This document shows, piece by piece, positions 35,219 through 43,205 of a DNA stretch of 60,339 nucleotides (positions are counted from its first letter, which is position 1; the number at the start of each line of letters is the position of its first letter). Origin of the DNA: a virus (Duplodnaviria > Caudoviricetes); the IMG/VR virus record IMGVR_UViG_3300042518_000658, positions 1 through 60,339 of that record. One strand, 5' to 3'. The notes under the pieces are model-generated. The model ran no database searches, was not told where the DNA came from, and worked only from the letters and a program-made list of their open reading frames with translations. Position numbers and translations under genes: made by a program.

Positions 35219-38200
35219 CTATCTCCACTGGAAGAAGGTTTGGGGGGTGCCCTGCGGGATGTAGTGCTGGCTCCGCAAGAGCCGGATGCGGTCTTCGGGC
35301 GACAGCGGGCCGTCATATTGTGCGGCACCAACCCCCATCCCGTCACCCGAACTCGGGGCCTGACCCATGGTCGGTCTGCCATCGGCACCACCCGGCCATC
35401 CATTCCCAACTGACGGATCGGTGGAGGTGTCGTTGGCTGCCATCTGATGAAGGGCAAGGGCACCCAACCCCAAGGCGGTCTTGTACGGATGCCTGAACGG
35501 GTAAGTGACAACATCTTTGGCGGCACCTCCAAGTGAGCCAAGCCAAGTTCTTGGTGCTGGCTTTACGGCCCCATCGGCAGGAACATCGGTCTTGGTCTCT
35601 GGGCTTCCGGCATCCTTCGGAATTGTCTCCGACTCTTCTGTCAGCCTCTTAGCCTCGGCGTCTTCCGGTGCCTTCTCTGCATCTGCCTTGGCTGCGGCCT
35701 CTGCTTCTGGTGCGGCCTTGGCTGCTGCATCTGGCCCATCCTTCACCTCAAACTCGGCGTCGATGATGTCTTCATCCAGAGGGGTGCTGGAACTCTCAAC
35801 TGCGTCGATGGGCCTTCCGGCATCGGCGTCATCTGCCGGGCTGCTCCGGCCCACTGCTGCCATGCCAGTGCCGGGGTCAACCGGGTCGGCATCGACGGCA
35901 TCTTCAGCGGACCTGCGGAAGTTGGGCATCCCGTCCGCTGCGTTGCCCGGACCAGTGGCGACCAGACCAGTCCCCGGGTCCACGGGCGGCTCTGCCGGGG
36001 GTGCTTTCTCGGGCTTTGCCTTCGGGGTCTTGGGCGGTGCAGCGGAACGGCGAACCCGCTCTTCTAGGGCTGACCGCATGGGGGCCACAACCTCGGCTTC
36101 CCACAGTTCGGCGTCGGTTCCCGACAGGGCCTTACCGCGAGACTCCAGTTGCCGCATCTGCTCGATGGCTGCCTGCAACTGCTTCTGGCTGCCGTTGCCG
36201 GTAAAGACAGAGACAACCTGCTCGGCGTCGGCCTTGCCAGAAATGACCGGGTGTTCAGGCTCTGCCTTGGCAGGGGCGGGATTAACCGTGGGCTGCTCGG
36301 TGCCCGGACGGTTAGAGATAGCCGGGGCATCGTCCTCCCCGAGGTTGATATTGCTGGTGGTCTCTGCCGCCTTGCCCTTGTTCTTGCCAACCCGGCCACC
36401 AAGGGGCGGGGTTCTGGCCGACTGGATGCCGGTGAGAGCATCGGTGTGCCGGGCCTTGGCAAGACGCTCTTTCAGGTCATCCAAGAGGGAGTAGTCATCG
36501 GCCTTGGACCGAACGTGCTGGGCGTTCAGTTCCTTAAGTTGATCCCTAAGGGCCGTGGCCTGAGACGGGGTAATGCCCTCGGCCTCAAGTTGGTCATAGA
36601 TTTTGGAGATTTCAGGCGGCACCTCACCGAGGCGTTCGTTCACCTCGTCAATCTGGCGAAGCAGGTCCGATGTCCGCTCGTTCGTCAGGCTGTCAGGGAA
36701 GAACCGCGACCTTTCGGCAGCCAGTGCCTCACGCCGGGTGACTTCATCCGGTGTGAGGTTCCGGTTGCGGGCGTTGTAGGCGGCAAACTCGTCTTCGTAA
36801 CTGCTGCTCTTGGTGGGCTTTCCGTCCTTGTAGTTGCGGTAAGTCTCCTTATGCCAGTCATCAGCCGAGTCCCTGCTCGTCATCGGGCGAGGGCCAACCT
36901 CCGGCTCATCGACTTCGACTGCTTCATCGGCCTTGCGGGGCTCGGGCAGTTTGCCGTCCCAGTTCTTCAGGACCTCGTCCTTGGTGAACGTATCTTCTCC
37001 GGCAAGTTGCCCTGCGGTTTCGCCGTCAATCGAGTCTTGATCGACTGACCGGGAAAAGTCCTGATCGGATCGCGGCCTCACCGGAGTCTTGACGTATCGG
37101 TCGCTGTCCTGATACGCCTGAGAGGCTGTTTTATTGCGGGTTTCACGAAGCAGGCGTTCGCTATCCTGCTCGTACCTTGCCATCCTTTCCTCAAACGATC
37201 CTAGTTCATGCTTGCCAGCCTTGTTGGGGACCCCACCTTCCATCGGCACGTTGGCCGGGTCTTGGGTCGTGCTGACCGGCTCACTTGGCATCCGAGACTC
37301 TGGGGCCGGGTACAACTCCAAGTCTTCTTTATCAAGCCGGGCGGGACGGTAATCGTCGGCGGTCTCCACAATCCGGGTGGCACCGGGCTTGTAGTCTTCC
37401 CCCCACTGCGTACCCAGCCGTGACTCGATCTGCTTGGTCAGCCGCTCAATGGCCTGATCCCGGGTGACTGCCCTGTCTGCCTGTGTGTAGGGTGCGTCCG
37501 GGGAGTATTCCTTGGCCACCTGCTTGGCGAACTTGTCGCTGTTCTTGTTGACCGAGAGACCGATCTGGGCCATGGACCGCTGGTTAGCCGTGACCGGCAT
37601 GGTGTCGAACATGGACTGGTTGGCATTGCGAACCAGAACTTCGGCCATTTCGCGGGCACTTGTGAACACCTGCTGGGGCGGCAGTTTAGAGGCCTTGCCG
37701 CCGTCTTGGAGAAGTTTCCAAGCGTTCATCAAAGAGTCGTTGTCGCCGCCCTTGAGTGCCGCAGCCTCAGTGGTCGGATGCCCTGACCGCTTTGGGGTGT
37801 AAACAGCGGAGGTCGGATTGCCAAAAGCCAAGTCTTGGACGTACTGGTCGAAGGCATCCTGCGGGGACTTAGTACCGGCAAGGTCGTTGCTGGATGGGTA
37901 TGGCTTCTTAGGGACCGGGGCCTCCTTGTTGGCCATCTCCCTGACCATCTCAAACTGCTTCAGGATGGCTTCGTCGCCGTCGTTGGCTTTCGCAATAGCC
38001 TCGGCAATGCCCTTGTCCGACCCGAACAAGCCCAGCAGGGTTTCCCTCTGGAACTTGATGTTGGCCTCGACTGCCGCCTCGTAGGCCTCGCCATGCTTCA
38101 TGCGGGTGAAAGACTCTACGTCCCGCCTGCCAGTTCCCTGATCGACAGAGCGAACAGGGACTTTGCCGTTGGGAGTTTCAACCATATCGACGGTGGCATC

Positions 38201-38911
38201 ACCGGCATCGAGTGCAGTCCGGGTCTCAATGGATGACCGGCTCTGGTTCTTTCCGCTACCGCTATTGGGGTCTTTGATTCCACGGGCCTTGGGGTCAAGC
38301 CCCTTGGGGAGAGGCGGCCTCGCCAGCCCGGACGGCTCGTCCAGTTCGCCCGGAGCCTCCATGGCCATAGCCCCCTCGGGGGCGTCAGCAGATGTAGCCC
38401 GAGTGTTGATCGGGTCCATGTCCTCTACGGCAGGCTCATGGGACTTTACGCGAACACCCTTGCCGGGCTTGCCGCCGTCCTGTGTTTCGACCCGGACCAC
38501 GCCAGCATTGGCATCATTGAGCGTGTCGGCGTTCTTGAGGGTTCCGCTACGAAAGACCTCGAAAACCCGCTTAACGTCATCGGAGTAAGCCGCCTTGCCG
38601 GTCTCCGGGTTGATGCCGGTGCGGTGAACGGGGTGCGGGCTGGCCGCCACCAACTCCTTGACGAGGGCTTCTTTCTGTGTGCCGTCGAGGCCGTCCCAGA
38701 CTTTCTTCAGGGCAGCCCGGCTCTCATCGCTGCCGGTAGCCATGCCCAGCATGACATCGACGCGACGGGCCGAATCAGCCGCCTTGGTCTTTCCCCGGGC
38801 CATCCCCAAGATGCGGCCCAGCGAAGCGGCATTGGTGGGGTTTGCGGCCTTAACACCAGCAGCAACACCCTTGGCAGCCTTGGAACCAGACAGTTTTGGA
38901 GTCGTGCCCAT
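35219..38911 (-). CDS. Large low-complexity probable ejection protein
   Basis: 1230 aa, D/E/A/P-rich, almost no Cys; single hydrophobic segment near the C-terminus (TALGLGALAL). Confidence 0.6.
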   Translation of the reverse strand: MGTTPKLSGSKAAKGVAAGVKAANPTNAASLGRILGMARGKTKAADSARRVDVMLGMATGSDESRAALKKVWDGLDGTQKEALVKELVAASPHPVHRTGINPETGKAAYSDDVKRVFEVFRSGTLKNADTLNDANAGVVRVETQDGGKPGKGVRVKSHEPAVEDMDPINTRATSADAPEGAMAMEAPGELDEPSGLARPPLPKGLDPKARGIKDPNSGSGKNQSRSSIETRTALDAGDATVDMVETPNGKVPVRSVDQGTGRRDVESFTRMKHGEAYEAAVEANIKFQRETLLGLFGSDKGIAEAIAKANDGDEAILKQFEMVREMANKEAPVPKKPYPSSNDLAGTKSPQDAFDQYVQDLAFGNPTSAVYTPKRSGHPTTEAAALKGGDNDSLMNAWKLLQDGGKASKLPPQQVFTSAREMAEVLVRNANQSMFDTMPVTANQRSMAQIGLSVNKNSDKFAKQVAKEYSPDAPYTQADRAVTRDQAIERLTKQIESRLGTQWGEDYKPGATRIVETADDYRPARLDKEDLELYPAPESRMPSEPVSTTQDPANVPMEGGVPNKAGKHELGSFEERMARYEQDSERLLRETRNKTASQAYQDSDRYVKTPVRPRSDQDFSRSVDQDSIDGETAGQLAGEDTFTKDEVLKNWDGKLPEPRKADEAVEVDEPEVGPRPMTSRDSADDWHKETYRNYKDGKPTKSSSYEDEFAAYNARNRNLTPDEVTRREALAAERSRFFPDSLTNERTSDLLRQIDEVNERLGEVPPEISKIYDQLEAEGITPSQATALRDQLKELNAQHVRSKADDYSLLDDLKERLAKARHTDALTGIQSARTPPLGGRVGKNKGKAAETTSNINLGEDDAPAISNRPGTEQPTVNPAPAKAEPEHPVISGKADAEQVVSVFTGNGSQKQLQAAIEQMRQLESRGKALSGTDAELWEAEVVAPMRSALEERVRRSAAPPKTPKAKPEKAPPAEPPVDPGTGLVATGPGNAADGMPNFRRSAEDAVDADPVDPGTGMAAVGRSSPADDADAGRPIDAVESSSTPLDEDIIDAEFEVKDGPDAAAKAAPEAEAAAKADAEKAPEDAEAKRLTEESETIPKDAGSPETKTDVPADGAVKPAPRTWLGSLGGAAKDVVTYPFRHPYKTALGLGALALHQMAANDTSTDPSVGNGWPGGADGRPTMGQAPSSGDGMGVGAAQYDGPLSPEDRIRLLRSQHYIPQGTPQTFFQWR

Positions 38912-39210
38912 TACTTCTTGAACCTCTTGTTGCTGGCGATCTTGGGCTCTTCTTCCTCCTCTTCTTCAGGGAAGGTCACGCCCTTGGGCATATCGTCTTT
39001 GCTCACCTTGGGGGGCTTGCTGTCGCCCTTCTCCCGGTGAAGGTCAACGAGATCATCGTTCTCCTTCGCCTCTTCGTCGGACTCCTCGTCGCTCTCTTTC
39101 TCTTCCTTCTTGCCCTTGGGCATGGACGCCCGCATCGAGCCCCTCAGGATTTGCCTGAGTTGCTTGGGGGTCAGGTCATCAAGGTCGAGTCCAACTGGAA
39201 CGTGAGACAT
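38911..39210 (-). CDS. Small highly charged protein
   Basis: 99 aa, E/K/D-rich; TAATG coupling to the next gene. Confidence 0.65.
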   Translation of the reverse strand: MSHVPVGLDLDDLTPKQLRQILRGSMRASMPKGKKEEKESDEESDEEAKENDDLVDLHREKGDSKPPKVSKDDMPKGVTFPEEEEEEEPKIASNKRFKK

Positions 39211-39211
39211 C

Positions 39212-39745
39212 TCAATCCTTCTTCATTAGGGCCATCATCAACTGCAACTTAGCCTGCTGCTGGGCCATCTTGATTTGGGCGGCAGCGGACTGCTCTGCAA
39301 ACTGCCTCGTCCAGTCCGTCTGGGATCGGGCGTGCTGGATCATGGCCATCTGCTGGGCTTCTTGTTCGCGGGCCTTTTCGTAGTCAGACCGCATCTTGGA
39401 GTTGGCGGCCATGTCCTGCACCCGCATCTCGGCGGATTTGTTGGCAGCCTCACCAACAGCCTGAGCCCCCTCCTGACCGGCAACGAACTGCTGGCCACGG
39501 CCACGGGAGATTCCGGCACGGTCCAGTTGCTTCATCTGAAAGCGGCCGTCCCCCTGCTGGTAACCCTTGGCCATGACGTTGTTGACCGCGTCTTCGGTCG
39601 TGTCCATGCTCAAGTAGTTGGGCTTCTTGATGGTGGACTGGCCTGTATATCCCGCCTGCCCAAAGGGGCTTGGCTGTGACTTCTGCACAGGGAACGGCGA
39701 TGGCGTGGAGCCGGACGGACTGAGGCTCATGTTGCTGCCGATCAT
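39212..39745 (-). CDS. Gln/Ala/Met-rich probable pilot or internal protein
   Basis: Helical Q/A/M-rich C-terminal half; ATGA overlap. Confidence 0.6.
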   Translation of the reverse strand: MIGSNMSLSPSGSTPSPFPVQKSQPSPFGQAGYTGQSTIKKPNYLSMDTTEDAVNNVMAKGYQQGDGRFQMKQLDRAGISRGRGQQFVAGQEGAQAVGEAANKSAEMRVQDMAANSKMRSDYEKAREQEAQQMAMIQHARSQTDWTRQFAEQSAAAQIKMAQQQAKLQLMMALMKKD

Positions 39746-40188
39746 GCCCCAGCCTCTCCGATTAAGGCCGTCATCAGGGCGGCCCGGTTGCGGATCATGG
39801 CCTGCTGAAGTTGGGCAGCCAGACTGATCTGGTCAGTGGCCCGAGAGGTCATGTCGGCGTAAATCTTGGCTTGGTTAGACAGGCCAGCCTGCATAAGTTC
39901 AGACCGTGAAACTTGGTTCTCCAGCCCAGACTGGGCGTTGGCGGTCTCGATCCCACGACGCAACTGGGACTGGTCGTTCACCTGCTGGGACTTGACCAAG
40001 TCTGCTGCCCCCTGCCTGCCGGTAGGGGAGCCGAACTTAGGGGTAAACGCAGACTCTTTGTTCAGTCTGCCAGTGGCGTGGCCGGTGTTGATGGCCTGCC
40101 GGTCGGCGTTCATGCCGGTCTTGTAGCCGAACCCGGCCCCTCCCTGCGGGGGCTTAGGGAACCCGAAGGCTGGCTGGTTCGAGTTCAC
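39742..40188 (-). CDS. Gln/Ala-rich probable pilot or internal protein
   Basis: Same composition as its neighbours; GTGA overlap. Confidence 0.6.
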   Translation of the reverse strand: MNSNQPAFGFPKPPQGGAGFGYKTGMNADRQAINTGHATGRLNKESAFTPKFGSPTGRQGAADLVKSQQVNDQSQLRRGIETANAQSGLENQVSRSELMQAGLSNQAKIYADMTSRATDQISLAAQLQQAMIRNRAALMTALIGEAGA

Positions 40189-40619
40189 CCGAGGAGGCTC
40201 CCCTTAAACGGAGCGAACGAACCACCAATCTTGTTTCCGCTGCTGGAGTACAGGCTGACGCTCGGAGACTGCGTTTGGGTTGATCCGAACTCGCCGCCGC
40301 CAAAGCCCCCAAGAGCCATGGACTGGAATGCTTTGGACTTATTCAACTGAGACTGCCGTGCTGCCTCGTTGTTCTTCTTCTGCTCCTCCCACTGCTCCCG
40401 CATCTGCTGCTCGGCCATGGCCTGCTGGCGATTTGCCTCTTCCTGCTGAAGCCGCTGCTGGTAGTTGGCCTCAACCTGTCGCTGGTTGGCAGCACCGTAA
40501 GGGTCCGCGTAATAGGACTCATGGGCCATGCCGACATCGCGCCCCACTTGGCTGCCTGCCCACTGGTAGGAGCGGGCGTCCGTGGGCTGAAGAATGCCTG
40601 CTGAGTATGCGTATGCCAT
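40185..40619 (-). CDS. Gln/Gly-rich probable pilot or internal protein
   Basis: Coiled-coil Q-rich centre; first gene after the promoter motif at 40647. Confidence 0.6.
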   Translation of the reverse strand: MAYAYSAGILQPTDARSYQWAGSQVGRDVGMAHESYYADPYGAANQRQVEANYQQRLQQEEANRQQAMAEQQMREQWEEQKKNNEAARQSQLNKSKAFQSMALGGFGGGEFGSTQTQSPSVSLYSSSGNKIGGSFAPFKGSLLG

Positions 40620-40646
40620 TACTTGTTCCTCTGTGGGGCCACGGTA

Positions 40647-40676
40647 TTTATGTCGGGTCCGGCGTCTGCCGAGGCA
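40647..40676 (-). promoter_or_regulatory. Putative phage-sigma promoter TGCCTCG-N15-GACATAAA
   Basis: Intergenic; both boxes and the spacing are identical to the copy at 52809-52838. Confidence 0.7.
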
Positions 40677-40739
40677 TTGGACCTACGCCCGGCTAGACAT
40701 TGCCTTGCCGACTAGCCAATCAAATTGGGGAATGTTTCT

Positions 40740-41159
40740 TTATGGTTTGGCATTGGGATCTTTTTCTGCCTTGCGAATGGCGAACTTAATTAGCCTTCTT
40801 CCGGCCAAAGCGATGTACGGGAGCCCCCTATTTGCCGATTCCTCTGCCAGCCAGCCTGAGATCAATTCCACGTTGTCCTTGCACCACTGGATGCCCTCTA
40901 GGTCCATTCGCCGGGCTCTGGCGTTGCACTTGCAGTTTGGTGTGGCCTTGATGCCTATTAGGCCAAGCAGTTTCTTGAGTTCCGTCCCGGCCCCTGCTGG
41001 AGGTGCTGGCGGGGTGCAGTTGGCGTAGGGCATGACGCCGCCCTGCCACTGCATCGTGAATCCGCATCGGCGGCAGACGATGCCTGCCCCGCCAGACACA
41101 AAGTCACACAGGAGACTAGGCGATGGTGACGCTGACTGTGGCGGTGCCAAAGTTGACAA
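40740..41159 (-). CDS. Small Cys-containing hypothetical protein (start uncertain)
   Basis: CRRCG...GAGTELKKLL...CKCNARARRMD...WC motif; follows the Cys-rich gene. Confidence 0.65.
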   Translation of the reverse strand: MSTLAPPQSASPSPSLLCDFVSGGAGIVCRRCGFTMQWQGGVMPYANCTPPAPPAGAGTELKKLLGLIGIKATPNCKCNARARRMDLEGIQWCKDNVELISGWLAEESANRGLPYIALAGRRLIKFAIRKAEKDPNAKP

Positions 41160-42438
41160 AACCCCCTCCTCCCGCCCCGGTCATCGGGGTCGAGTAATTC
41201 CCCCTGCACTTGTAGTACAAAAAACACGAACAGTCTGAAAGGTAAGTCTTTTCAAGTGGCGTGCAGATTCGTTCGGGAGTTGAAGAGCCTGAGTTCCCTA
41301 TCCCGCTCAAGGACGGGCGGACTATCACTTCCAGCAATCGGCAGTACGAAACTCCGTCATCGTTCAGAAAAAGACGCACCAGCACGCCAAATGGACTGCC
41401 CGGGAAGCCATCAATTTCTACGGGGACATTTACTTCATCGAGTTGGCACGATCCGGGCACGCGGGGCCGCAACACAAAGGCCCTGTTAACTGCATCGACC
41501 AGTGGCTGCAACTCTGGAGAAACCGGCGTGCCGTCGCCATTCTTAAACAACTCTGCCCCTTGGATGGCGACGGTAGCCGATGTGATGGCCGGTGAGCAGA
41601 AGATGTTGCCTTGGCAGCCATCGGCAGGGTCCGGGCCATCTCCTGAACATTGAGTGGGATTGCCGGACCCATAGCAGTCTCCGGGGCATGGAGCCTCGGA
41701 GCATTTTTTCCCAGCAATCCAAGTCCCGCCTACCGCATCGCACGCACTTTTAGTGGCCGAGTTGAAGCAGCCGCCCGTGATGATCGAGCCTTTGCCAACA
41801 GCCAGTTCTTTTGTTGCCCACCCAACAGGATCGCCTGTGCAGAACGGTGGGCTGGAGGGACTGCCCGCATAAACCCCGCAACCATCGGTGACAAGCAGCG
41901 TCACATCGGGGTCGGGCTGCACCAACTCCGGCACACCTCGGTTCAGTGTCCAGTACGAATCGCAGTTCTCGCAGGAGCCGGGCTCACACGGTGTGTACGT
42001 TGTCTGGCAGCAAGCCCCGGCAGTGTTGCACTCGTCTTGGCACGCACTCCAACTAGGGTAAGAAGCCTGAAATGGCGGGCAGTAGGGCACAACCGTAGGG
42101 TCGCATCCAGCACCAACAAGCCACCACGGACAGCAAGGCTCGCAGGTAGATGTCTCTTCCTTGCAGTAGTAACTAAAGGAACCACCGCACCCAGAAGCCA
42201 CGCAGGCTGCCTCATTGGCGTGCGGGCCAGACACAATCAACGTCGGGTCTACGACATCTTTTTCACGAACGCACGATGAACCTTGTGCGGGATTGGTTGA
42301 GACATAAACGCAGAACCATTTTTCGGGCGTGCAGCACACACAATCAGCCACAAACGAGCCGTTCTGCTGCTGGCCTTCGTTGATGGACAGGCCGGTATCG
42401 TCAAGGAGCAGGCCTTCTGCGGTGGCAACGATCCTCAA
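41116..42438 (-). CDS. Cysteine-rich virion-associated protein
   Basis: Probable TTG start overlapping the upstream TGA; numerous Cys, including GACC and C..VGGTW...C...PC motifs. Confidence 0.65.
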   Translation of the reverse strand: MRIVATAEGLLLDDTGLSINEGQQQNGSFVADCVCCTPEKWFCVYVSTNPAQGSSCVREKDVVDPTLIVSGPHANEAACVASGCGGSFSYYCKEETSTCEPCCPWWLVGAGCDPTVVPYCPPFQASYPSWSACQDECNTAGACCQTTYTPCEPGSCENCDSYWTLNRGVPELVQPDPDVTLLVTDGCGVYAGSPSSPPFCTGDPVGWATKELAVGKGSIITGGCFNSATKSACDAVGGTWIAGKKCSEAPCPGDCYGSGNPTQCSGDGPDPADGCQGNIFCSPAITSATVAIQGAELFKNGDGTPVSPELQPLVDAVNRAFVLRPRVPGSCQLDEVNVPVEIDGFPGSPFGVLVRLFLNDDGVSYCRLLEVIVRPSLSGIGNSGSSTPERICTPLEKTYLSDCSCFLYYKCRGNYSTPMTGAGGGGFVNFGTATVSVTIA

Positions 42439-43205
42439 GGCCCAGTACCCCCGGTGGTGGTCTTGCACTTGGCCAGCGGAACGTCGTAGTACCCGGGCAG
42501 CCCTTCTCCCAGCCACGCCAGCACCGGAGTGTTGGTGAATCTAAAAACGGGCTCAGTTCCGGTCTCACCCGGGACGCCGTTTGGGTAGAAATCGACGCCC
42601 GTGACAACCCTGATTGCCTTAAGGTTCTTCAAGCCGTACTCAAGAATGGTCTCGTTGGGGCGGTTATCCAGCCACTCCACGACGATATGGTTGCCGTTGA
42701 CTTGGTCGCCATCGTTTTCAGTGCTGGTTTCTTGTGCTTTGAACGCAACGCCCCGGACAAACCCGTTGTTGAAAATGCAGTGCTTGCCGTCCCTGAAGTC
42801 TTTGTGCTTCAGGTGAATCTCTTCGTTCTTGATCTCGATGTAGTCCCCAGCCTTCAGGTTCTTGCCTTTGTTGTCGGCTTCTGGACCTGCGGGGCCAACC
42901 GGCTCTGGCTCTGGGAGTATGGGCTGCGGCTGCGGTTGCGGCTTCTCCTCTGGGGGTACGTTCTTGGGTGGCTTCTTCTTGTGTTCCGGTGGCAGCAAGT
43001 CACCGATCTGCGGGAACTTGGTCTTTGCTGATTCTGGGTCAATCAGCCGCATGGACGGTGTGGTTGGGTCCACCGAGATGGGGCCGCGATGCACAAGCGT
43101 GGCCCGGCACTGGCCAACAAGGTTCTGCACCTCGCTGGCTTGAGCCGGAGACAAACCGCCTTGCCAGAGGGCCGTATGGATCGACGGTGCCTGACGGGAG
43201 AACAC
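42435..43205 (-). CDS. Tail-associated hypothetical protein
   Basis: 256 aa with a Pro-rich linker; coupled to the upstream tail gene. Confidence 0.6.
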   Translation of the reverse strand: MFSRQAPSIHTALWQGGLSPAQASEVQNLVGQCRATLVHRGPISVDPTTPSMRLIDPESAKTKFPQIGDLLPPEHKKKPPKNVPPEEKPQPQPQPILPEPEPVGPAGPEADNKGKNLKAGDYIEIKNEEIHLKHKDFRDGKHCIFNNGFVRGVAFKAQETSTENDGDQVNGNHIVVEWLDNRPNETILEYGLKNLKAIRVVTGVDFYPNGVPGETGTEPVFRFTNTPVLAWLGEGLPGYYDVPLAKCKTTTGGTGP

